Source of the DNA: Nitrospirales bacterium
GTDB lineage: Bacteria > Nitrospirota > Nitrospiria > Nitrospirales > UBA8639
Direction of reading: 5' to 3'
NCBI GenBank assembly: GCA_965203295.1
Contig: CBDBCZ010000017.1
Location: 736,001-800,000 of the forward strand
DNA length: 64,000 bases
The notes below the pieces were generated by a model that did not search any database, was not told where the DNA came from, and worked only from the letters and a program-made list of their open reading frames with translations. Of this stretch, positions 51,442-61,916 are shown piece by piece. The translations under genes and the position numbers were made by a program. Each line of letters starts with the position of its first letter. Position 1 is the first letter of the stretch.

Positions 51442-51773
51442 TTTGATGTCACGTTACTATGAGTACCTTTGTTCTGTCTAACCCAAACCCCCCCCCCCCC
51501 CCCGCGCACGTTAAATTGTACGTATTGGCCTTTTGTTGTTCTGTGAATGTGTCCATATCTTTATAAGTAGGTCTTTGTCCATCCCCCAATATATTTGTAC
51601 TGTGTGTCCGTTGCAGGGTTGAGTTTTATGCAGTGAGAATTGCAGTAGCGTTGAGACAGTTGGGAGTTAGCAGTCGTTAGAGCAGAGGCTCAAAACGTAG
51701 TAAGTATTAATTAGTGGGTCCACCACTAGCGAGACGTAGTGGTAGGATATCACATTGGCGACGAGGATGGGAT
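51442..51773 (+). mobile_element. 5' LTR plus primer-binding site of an LTR retrotransposon; internal region lost
   Basis: The LTR ends ...atatcACA at 51754, followed by TGGCGACGAGGATGGGAT (51756-51773), the 18-nt complement of the 3' end of metazoan tRNA-Ser(GCT) plus CCA. The 5' boundary is approximate. Confidence 0.8.
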
Positions 51774-51975
51774 CCCAATTAAGGCCTGTCAGTGAGCTTA
51801 GGAATACTTGTTTTTACAACACAAGGCATGGGTGGTCACTGTTGCTATAACGATATTTAAGGTCATGTCAGTCATTAGACATATCAAAGCGGTTTTGTAA
51901 GCACACTTTCGCCTTGCTATCGGATATTATTATACCATAACACACATGAACACACACACACACACGCACACACAC

Positions 51976-52026
<51 letters not shown>

Positions 52027-53135
52027 TGCATGGACATGCCACTTTCAGCATCAAATCACATATCTGATTCAGCATATCTCGATCAGTTCAGATTAAATTG
52101 CTGTCTATATAAACACATGGAAACTGAACAGATGGCTATATATTTGTCCCCCCCCCCCCACACACACACCCCTGAAAAGAAAACGCTGACAATAACATAC
52201 CATCTCCAGTGTGTACTTCCTCCCTCTTGAACATATCCTAATAATATAGGCCCTTATATGCAACCATCTCATTTCATCATCAGTAATTTTGATAGCCAAT
52301 CCAGCAAGTAGCCTAATAGCTACATAAGATCTAAACAGACACAAAAGGTGCTTATTATAATCCCTGTTGCTATATAGTTACCTGTCAAGTGGTGTATGAA
52401 TGTGAGTCCCCATCATAATTGAAACTAGTTGTTTCATTTTCTTAGGAACTCACATATAGCAGTTACCTGCTCATAAATCACTTTCAGTTCTCAGAAGTTA
52501 TATGCTAGCTGTTGATATAATTAAAAAGAAGGTAGCTATATGTATGACACCATACCATTACCAAATCTAATTGTGCACTAGTGGCATAAAAGAGCTTTGC
52601 ATACACTTCATTTGTGTGGTTGTTCATCCACCTGTATTCAACCACCCTGGAGTGCTTTTATTGGGTGTGGTAAAAATGTTTGTGGCTTAAATTCATTTTT
52701 TACCTTATTAGGTCAAAAACTGCTGCACTGCAAGAGAAAATCATGTAACCATGACAACAAATGCACTTGCTAACTAGCTCTAATGGTAGTACAGTATAAT
52801 TCACAAAATGCCATTTATCTGTTACAGTGTATACATTCTCTACATTATAGGCCTTGCATGCCCATACGCATTACACGTAATATTATGCCATTCCATTTTT
52901 CTTCAATAACTAATAGCAGAACCTGGTACGGTGATGATCATGTAATTTATAAATCTCTCAATAACTTGCAATTGTACATAATCAAAGGTATAAAGAATTA
53001 AGATAGTATAATCTAGCTAACAAAATTTAAAGGCATGACCAATTGGGAATGTATTAGCTTAGAGTCCATAGTAGCAAACCAAAAGAAGAAAAAAATGGCT
53101 ACTGACATTACAGTCATAAGTGAATACATACAATG

Positions 53136-54239
53136 CTAAGAATGCATGGTTATATGCTCGCCCCAGAAATGCTTGGCTTCCTTCATGAACACAATGAGCT
53201 CTCTTATCCTCTGCGCCTCCTCGTGATGCTTCTGCCTCTCCTGCTGTAGCTGGTTAACTTCTCCATTCAAGGACTTCATTCTGTCGCTAAGACTGGAGAC
53301 TTCTCGGTCGCGCTCACGGATACACTTTTCGAGCTCGCATCGCGTGTTGATTAATGCAGACTCGCATCGGTTCTTGTGCTGCTGTGCTCGATTCAGGTTG
53401 TCCCTTGCTTCTCTCACAATGTCTTTGCCCATTAATGTAATGGCTGTCCCTCCTACTTCTCTACCCCCGCCTCCAAGAGCTGCACCAGCAATTGCACCAA
53501 CAGGGCCACCCAGGAGAAATCCTACCACCCCACCCAAAACGGTACCGCCAGCACCACCAATGCCACCACCTGTCTCCCTAGCTTTAGCCAGGTATTCTTC
53601 CACTTTGTACGTCCTTTGTTCTGCTCTTCGCAAGTCATCCCTGGCTTCACTTGCTTTCTGTTCATTCCGCCATTGCTCCTGTTTCAGTTGAGCTATCTTT
53701 GTCTCCGCGTAAGATTTAGTAGTGTTTATTTTTGTCTGCAGCTCTTCCTCATCCCGGCCAAGCTGCCCAATCTTCCTCATAATGTCCTCCATCTTTGCGA
53801 TGTGATCTAACTCCAACGGCTCCACTTGCTGCAGTATTTCTTGCAAAAGTGGTTCACTGCAAAGAAAAAATGTAAGGGTTGTTTCTAGGCAAGTCTGGAG
53901 TCCAGGTTCCAGGCTCCCATTTGTAAAAATGTAGTGGGGTATGTGTCTCTGCTAGGGACTTCTAGTTCCAGTTAGGAAGCCATGGCAGTCACATGCAGAA
54001 AACACATGCAATACTAGCTAGCCACGGTCTTCTACTAGTCTCCTTCCAGGCCTCGACCCTGTACAGCTTTTACTGTAGAATGGAGTCTGGGATCGAGAGA
54101 TCTTCTGCCCTTCTACTTACGTCTTCCTGGTCTTCGTTAACCCCGGATCCCTCTGTAGGGTCTCGTTCTGCTCAGTCAGCTCATTGACCTTAGGCTGCAG
54201 GCGGCGCTTGGCAGCAGTCAGACGAACTGCTTCCTCTTC
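53136..54239 (-). CDS. Coiled-coil/glycine-zipper protein exon (53856-53136) joined to a myosin-II-tail-like exon (54239-54121); 5' end unresolved, possibly a pseudogene
   Basis: Strong splice sites (tactttAG|, |GTAAGT, ttttttctttgcAG|) with matching phase 2. Two long heptad helices flank GGGIGGAGGTVLGGVVGFLLGGPVGAIAGAALGGGG. Confidence 0.62.
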
Positions 54240-55215
54240 CTAAAGTAGATCGATGTAATGGGGATAAAGTGAACATTAAAATGGAGAAAACATAGCTATG
54301 CTTTAATGTAGTTTTTTTTGTATATGAAAAACAAGCCTAGATTCTTGTGCTCCAGCATCATTGCATCACAATGGATAAAGCTATTAGCCATCTAACTTTA
54401 TCCAAAGCTAAGCTACTTATTTCTCATTTCCAGGCTCTACTGCCCAGCTTTTAGTATCCTACGTGCGAAAACAGCTGGGCAGTAGAGCCTGGGAACATAG
54501 GCTAGTAAGTACACACACTGTAAAATCCCAAAAAAAAATTTAAATAACATGTAACTGCAAAAACATTGTGGTTGTTTTCACCAAGCTTGGTTACCTCAGT
54601 TGCAATTCAAGGGTCACCTCCTATTCCAATTTGACCATACAAAGGCACAGCCAGAGGAAAACTAGACTGTCTGTATATACATGGAACAGTACGTACATGT
54701 TTAGTGATTATGTTTCCTGTGACTGGTTTCCTAACTTAATCTATCTGGCTAGCTTTCTGGTTGTGATAGTAAACTTGGAATACGAGGTATCTCTTGGATT
54801 GCAACTGATCTTAAGGTAACCAGCTTGGATAAAACAATCCTATCCTTTTATCAATGTATATGCGCTGCATGCATGACCCTAATGCATGCATGACTAGCCT
54901 TGAACCTAAGCCTTTCCTCAGCCAGATTTCCGATAATCTCACAGCCTTGGGGACAAAAATAGATATCTCCAAGGCTGCAAAATAAAAGGAAGACCTGGGT
55001 TTGAAACTATCCCAAGCATGCTCTAAATCCACTGTCTACAACAGATCAAACGTGATCCGAAAAACAACACAGGAGCATCAGCCACTCTGCTGCAAGTATT
55101 AAAAACTAATTTAAAAAGAAGTTACAGCTGCACACTCATCAATATTAGCTAAGTAATTGTTCCGATACAAAATTATAGGAATGAAGACCTAGTCACTACA
55201 TCGCAAGTAGTTTGT

Positions 55216-55860
55216 TTACTCAGCTGTTACTTTCAGTGGTTTCCCGCTGATGGCCTCTTTGACTTCCTTCACCTTCTCCATTATCTTCTTGGCGTAATCC
55301 AGGGCCGCGTCAGGCTTTATCCCATTTTTTGCACACATTCGAGAGATGACATAAATAAGGACGCTCGGGTCCACTTGTTCGGGGTTTATCACGCGTTTAA
55401 CGCAGTAGACGGCAAAGACATTCTGAGCGACTTTCACGATTCCTTCGCTGGAGAAGTTCCACTTCCAGTAGTATACGTCGACACGAAGTAGAGCGTTATT
55501 CTCCCAAAGTATGAGCATGTCCTCAGACTCGTTTTCCCCAATTGAAAAGTTGCCAAGGAGTGCGTTTACTCCGCCAAGAATGAGCTCTTTTGCACCATCG
55601 AGAAAATCTCCACTAAAGAAATGTTCGATAGCGCTACTGGCTTTGTCAGAATCCGAGGACGCATCGACGAAGATTTGCTGATGTTTGGCTACAACTAGTC
55701 CTTTGTGGATCTCCTCGTCGCCAGAACGTCCATGCAGAATCTCATCCACTTTGCTTGCGACTTGTGCCTGTGCCATTTTCTCGAGCATCGCAAGCATCTC
55801 TTTCGCGTGCGCATCCTGTTTAGCCTCGTGCTCTCGAAGTTTTGACATTGAGGTTCCCAT
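55216..55860 (-). CDS. Intronless 214-aa protein with N-myristoylation motif; function unknown
   Basis: Clean ORF starting MGTSMSK (G2, S6, K7) with an alpha/beta pattern. A TATATA lies about 105 bp upstream of the ATG. Confidence 0.82.
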   Translation of the reverse strand: MGTSMSKLREHEAKQDAHAKEMLAMLEKMAQAQVASKVDEILHGRSGDEEIHKGLVVAKHQQIFVDASSDSDKASSAIEHFFSGDFLDGAKELILGGVNALLGNFSIGENESEDMLILWENNALLRVDVYYWKWNFSSEGIVKVAQNVFAVYCVKRVINPEQVDPSVLIYVISRMCAKNGIKPDAALDYAKKIMEKVKEVKEAISGKPLKVTAE

Positions 55861-56083
55861 GATTTATATCGCTGAAGGATTTAGCTAATAGTTAGTCCAA
55901 CAAGAAGCTGCACGAGTCTCAGAGTTATCACGGAAAGCGAACTGCAGAAGTAATCCCTAGCCCTATATATATGTTCCGCGCAAACCAGGAAGTTGCGCAA
56001 TCTTAGGATTGCGCAAAGTAGGAATCCGCACTTTGGCGCGCAATCCCAGGATTGCGCGGTTTTCGCGCAAAATTGGAATACGT

Positions 56084-56800
56084 TGCCCACTACCCCTGCC
56101 CCGAGTGTTCCTCCACCGCTGATGAATTTGGGGACCATCAGATCGGTTGCGGGGGGAACGGGGACCAGATCACTCGTCACAACGCCATTCGTGATGTCCT
56201 TTTCTCTGCCGCCCAGTTAGCTGCGCTGGCCCCAACCCGTGAGGCCCCTGGTGTGGTGCCGGGTTCTCAGTCCCGCCCTGCTGACATCCTTCTCCCAACC
56301 TGGTCCCGAGGTCGCCCTGCTGCCTTGGACGTTCATGTGATCTCGCCTCTGCAACGCCAGACTGTCCAAGAGGCAGCCACCACCCCTGGTCACGCACTGC
56401 AGGTGGGTATCCAGCGTATTACTAAACTGGCTGCCCATCTGTCTGCCTGCAGAGCTGCGGGCGTGGAGTTCGTCCCCCTTGTGTCCGAGGTGCTTGGAGG
56501 GCTGGCTGCTGATACCATCACCACCATCAGAGCCATAGGGAAGGCGATCTCCCAGAGGACGGAGGCTGAAAACCACACCTGCACAAGGCAGCTTTTCCAT
56601 CGCCTTGCCATCGCCCTGTGGGGGGGTAACGCACGCCTCCTTTTACACAGTCAGCCATCCCTCCCCCCCCACCGTGGACGGTGTTATTTGACCTATTTGT
56701 GTGTTTGTCTTTGTGTATGTCTGCTTTTGTATTGTATTGTATTGTATTGTATTGTATTGTATTGTATTGTATTGTATTGTATTGTATTGTATTGTATTGT
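56084..56800 (+). mobile_element. 5'-truncated RLE-type (CRE-like) non-LTR retrotransposon with (ATTGT)14 tail
   Basis: CPEC-x9-H-x3-C knuckle, then RHNAIRD, RPADI, ALDV and FVPLVSEVLGG (restriction-like endonuclease motifs). Tail at 56731-56800. Confidence 0.85.
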
Positions 56801-57169
56801 ATTCCACTTTTGCGCACACGTGAAAAAAAAATACGTTGCGCAAACCCTGCATTGCGCAAAATAATTCGTTCGTACAAAGTTAGAATTTTGATATGAAGTG
56901 CATGAAGAGTCAAAGTATAAACAGCAAAGGGATAAACAAAGGGACATTGACAAGTGCTATAAAGACAAAAAACTACTGAGTCCAATCGCCAACATGATAT
57001 GTATTAAAACCAACACATTTGTAATGAAACCATCTGTCACAACCATTACATTGTCAAATGATTCTGGCAATCTACACAATAAAACGGATGAAAGAAACTG
57101 ATGGCTTGCAAGTCGCAGAGACACTGCATTACTTATCGAGCGTGGCATTTTTATATAGCTACATGTATA

Positions 57170-57698
57170 CCGTATAGCGGGAAATTTTCGCCAGATTTAT
57201 TTTCGCGCACATGCGATTGGGCGAAATTAAATTCCACGGCATTATTAATAATTATTCTTTCAACACGGCAGTTTAGCAGTCTCGAGCAGAAGTGTCTTGC
57301 TGCCGCAGAATCTCCGTTCTCACTAGCGATTTGGACTTCAGTTCATTACTTAGCTTCATATAAGGCCCCCTCTTCGCCTTTGTAGCCTTTTCTTGGTGCC
57401 GAGCATTGGTATTACGGCTGCGTTCGCTTCCGCAATCGCCGACGATGGCAACGAAAATGACAGCGCCCCCATTGGATCAGGGAGCTGTCTACGTGGCAGA
57501 ACCTGCAAATAACGCAGCAGAGCCATACCGGTAGTGAGCTTAACTTTCGCAGCTGCATGCTACCATTGACAATGTGTAAATATTTCACCAGTCAAAATTT
57601 TTACCCGACAAAATTTTCACCGGTTAAATTTTCGCCACTTGAACTGACTGGCGAAATTGGCGAAAATTTACCCCTGGCGAAAATTTCCCGCTATACGG
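57170..57698 (-). mobile_element. pogo-like non-autonomous element
   Basis: Same TIR as 17587-18265 with TA duplication. The minus strand encodes frameshifted MALLRYLQ..LPDPMGALS..SSAIAEANAAV..KRGPYMK..ASENGDSAAARHF, homologous to ORF 17753-18115. Confidence 0.82.
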
Positions 57699-58256
57699 TA
57701 GCTATAGAAGTGTCATGCACAATCACGTGTGCGCAAAAGTGGAATTGGCTGCGCAATCCCGGGATTGCGCGCCAAAGTATGCATTGCGCAATTCTAGGAT
57801 TGCGCAAATTCCTGGTTCGCGCGGAACATAATATAAGCTTATCATGTTTCGCCACGCCTCCTTATATTTATCATCTTGTTCCAGCGGCGCGCATGCGCAG
57901 CGCGAGGGTTACGGTACTTTAGTTGTGCGCGTTTGTCTGTTACCTCGCTAACAGCTAGCTACGCCGTTAAGTAATAGTTAAAGGTCAGTTTGGGTGAGGG
58001 GAATTTAAAGTCCGAGGAGTTGAACCCCTCACCCAAACTGTCCTTTAACTGATTTACTGTACATTGGTATAGCAATGATCCCTGTATGTGGCCTCCTTTG
58101 AGGGCTATAAGCGTGGGAAAAAGTGGTTGCCATGGTAATGTACGTTAACGTACCACATACGAGCAAATGCAACGGACATCCTAGGCTTTGCCACTGGAGA
58201 GCGGACTCTGTGAGTACATGTCGTTTAGCAGTGGTTCAAGTCATACTAGCAAATTA

Positions 58257-60152
58257 CATGGATGTGAGCTGGCTTACAAGCTTTCAATTTGGAATATTAT
58301 GAAGGTGATGAGGAATTTATTGATTCGATACCACTCTTGTAGCCGTTCTTAACAGATTGACGACCCTGCTGTTTTTTTTTGTGAGAGCTCACGCCTATCA
58401 AGTTAGCTGAGAACTTTATGACCATGAATGGCTTAGACACTCATAGCTCAACAACACGACAATGGAGGGCCAGCAGAACTATGCAGGACTAGAGTGGAGA
58501 AAACCAATGAAGGAATAAGAAGTTCAAGAAGAGGAGAGAGAGAGAGGGGGGGGGGGGGGGGGGGGGGGGTTGTGTACTACCATGGGCTTTTTGATTGAGT
58601 ATACTTCTGCTTCAGTGTGCAGCCCGTATATAGCTTTGTATGTATTTACGGTAAAGATATCTAACTACAGGCCATTTAGGCAAGCTAGGCTGTCCACTAA
58701 CATGCCTACAACATCAAAACTAAAGGATACACACACAGTCGTGTGGTACTGTTGGAGTTGATGTGTGTGTGCGTGGGGGGGGGGGGGGGGGAGTGGAGTC
58801 TGTTTGTTTTAAGTCTGCATGGGCTCCATCTCATGGATGCAAGAACTGTGTGGGAAGCAGCCATGTCCTTCATGTAAGAGCAAAATAATAATATGAGGCT
58901 TGTTTTAAAAGGGTAGGAGTGAATTATCATGTGAAAAAAAGTTTGAGAAGGGGCCTGGGAAGGGGTCTGGGAAGGGGCCTGGGGGTAGGAGTCTTTTATT
59001 TTATGACTGGGCTCCAACTGAAGATGGAACTCTTAGACTAGCTATATGCCGAGCTTATTGATGTAAAAATCTCAAAAAGGAGTTTGTAGGGAAAAGTTCA
59101 AGGAATATTTTACACCAATCAACTCTGAATATTATTGGCACTGATTGAAAAACAAACGTTTACATTCGTTTTGTACAGTCTGTGCATGTCATTAACGGAC
59201 ATGTACTAATGACTCAGAGAGTAATTACAGTTGGAGTTGGATGGCTGGGTCCTACTGGCATAATACTAGCAGGTTAGTGGCTATACAAAGCTTGCCTACT
59301 GCTCCTCTGCCAAGCGACTCAGTGGTAAGAGCATCTGATCATGACTACTAGCTATTCAGAAAGTCCTGGATTCAATCCCTAGCTGGGTCCCGTTTTTTGT
59401 TGTTTTTTTCCCCTGGGATTTCTTTACTCTCTCAGAAAGCTTATCATCTCTTGAAGAGTTTACAATGTATATGGAGATGAGATGGACAGTCCCTATACCT
59501 ACCGCTGTTCGGGTACAACCTGTTTACTTAATCAGTTGGACAGCACAGATCCTGTTGTAGCATATCTCTGTGGCTGATTTAATGCTGAGTAATCAAACCA
59601 TAATGCCTGGATACGAGGCTAGCTACACATAGCTATGTATACATGTATAGTAACTGTTGTTCACAAGGACTATATTAAATATTGTAGTGTCAGCCACCAG
59701 ACTGTACAGTGTATTGAGTCTTGAATCTGAACAGCTTCCTTGTGGATGATATAGCTACTGCAAACATATAATTTCTGCTTTCATGTTCTTGGGAACTGTG
59801 TGTCCAGAGAATGTAGTTTCAACATACAAGCTGACTGTGTACAGTTACTATATTGAGGCTGCATCTAATGGATACTGCAGACAGCAATTTCTGTTTTCAT
59901 GCATATGTTCTTGGGAATTAGTTTCAAGCTGACTTTACAGTCACTGTATTGGGTCTGCATCTTCATGGATATTGCAAACAGCAATTTCTGTTTTCATGTT
60001 CTTGGGAATTGAGATAAGATAGCCAAAAAATACACCACAACTAAAACACAATGCCAGTTAGTCAATCCTCAGTAGTGCATGGTGCCACAGGGTCTCTATA
60101 GCCATCTTGGAATTGCCTTCGCTTCCACAAAAATTTGAGTACAATGGACTTC
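58257..60152 (+). repeat. Segmental duplication copy B (partial, rearranged, more diverged)
   Basis: Matches about 50015-51410 of copy A, with extra inserts at about 58570-58775 and 59206-59469. Confidence 0.85.
59206..59469 (+). mobile_element. ~260-bp insertion with an internal tRNA-like segment (SINE-like)
   Basis: Absent from copies A and C and flanked by ATGTA. A-box-like ctcagtggtaagagc and B-box-like ggattcaatccc at about 59317-59380 are followed by T-runs. Confidence 0.62.
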
Positions 60153-60166
60153 AAACCTAATCCTCA

Positions 60167-60315
60167 TCTGCATAAAACTCAACCCTGCAACAGACACACA
60201 ATACAAATATATTGGGGGACGGATAAAGACCTACTTACAAAGATACGGACAAATTCACTGAACAACAAAGACAACAAAAGGACAATACAATGCAGGGGAG
60301 GGCCTAGACAGAACT
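60167..60315 (-). mobile_element. Inverted fragment of the same LTR as 51442-51754
   Basis: ctgcataaaactcaaccctgcaac...aaagacctactta is the reverse complement of about 51565-51632. Confidence 0.8.
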
Positions 60316-61749
60316 TGACATCAAAGTACCCTACTTGTCACTATACTAATAATATAGGCTGCAACTTTTGAATGCACCTTTTTTGCATGGTATATGTAGC
60401 AAGGTATCCAATGGTTCAGAACACTGAATCCCAGGAAACTGTGCAAGGTACACTGAATGGATCATAGCATGGGCAGCTACATAATGGCAGCTATGTTCTA
60501 ACTAGCCTGAGGCGGAGCTGAAGTCTGGAACATAAAGCTATAGAGCTGTGTGTGTTAGGAAGTAGCTGCTGCTGTGAATGGGTTGCCGTCATGCATCATG
60601 CGTGTGCTAGAGCCAGGCAGCTATTACAGAGGTTTTCGAGTTGGTTGTCCACAGGAGAAGGCAAATAGGCAGTGGCTTTAAAGTACTTAATTAGGTTGCC
60701 CATGCTCCGAGTCATTAAATTTGTTGCCTATGCTCTATCCTGAATATACTCTATTGAAAAAATATATATACCTTGATACATATACTAATCAGTTTAGAAT
60801 TCCATTTGCAATATACTGTCATTATAAGTACAAAGACAGCTCAATGGGCTGCTTGTAATATTCCTGGAGCTGCATATATATATGGGCATCACATCAGCTG
60901 ATCTAAATAATCATCAGATTACCAAATTAAATGTGTCCATTTTGACCTTATGATAGTAGAGCCAGAAAGGCTAGACATATTATAGCTCCAGCTAGGGAAG
61001 CCAGTCATGGAACCACAGTCTGATAGTCACTGACATTATAGCTCCTGTGTACCTGCATTTGTTATTCCTGTAACTGCATAGTACGTACATGAAGTGACCT
61101 TTGAATTGGAACAAGCTTTCAGTTAAAACTGTCCTAATATTCTTGCATTATACCACCATGCAGGTACAACTGATTTGGCTGTAGATGGGCCAAAAGCTGT
61201 ACAGTAGGGAGTGTGTCAATTGTAAGACCTATCTCATAGCTATATACCCTTCCCCTTGAGTTTCTAATCCTCTCTGCATGTGCAGAGTGAACCATCACAA
61301 TGAGGGAGGAAAGCCATTCTCTCCCCCCCCAAACGAACAAACTGCATGTTCCGATTACAGCATATTACTTGACATGCAGGACATTCCTAGCCTGCATGCC
61401 CACTGTACGTAGTGCCTAGCTACAATCCCTTATAATTGCACTTGGTTTGTGACTGAATAAAAACTCTTTGTAGCTAAATCAGCCAAACAGAATATCAACA
61501 AAAAAATTCTTTATTTTTATAAGGAGAACGCAGTGTACAGGTTTCACTGGGATGATTAGCTACATCAAGATGAGTCTATGGAGCATGGAACTTTAATTAT
61601 TAATAACCCTTAGGTCAGAAAAGCATAAAATACAACTACTGTCTGTGCCATTTGATGTGGTACATGCTATTGTGTATGAGACTCTCTGCAAGGCCTGTAC
61701 TGTGAGACTATAGGAATACTGTTTTTTACATAACACACCATAACACACA

Positions 61750-61837
<88 letters not shown>

Positions 61838-61916
61838 CACACACAAGTATACACACACACAGCAAAAGGGTCTCAAGTGTCTCTATTATCAAAGCCATTT
61901 GGGCTATAAAATAATT

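Larger units (their letters stand above)
55972..57828. mobile_element. TIR element with long gcgcaa-rich inverted ends hosting two nested insertions
   Basis: tgttccgcgc.aaccaggaa.ttgcgcaatc.tag.attgcgcaa occurs at both ends in inverted orientation, flanked by TA. Confidence 0.8.

Noticed and set aside
59305..59395. Functional tRNA gene
   Set aside because: The anticodon arm is disrupted, the acceptor stem does not pair, and it lies inside a copy-specific insertion.
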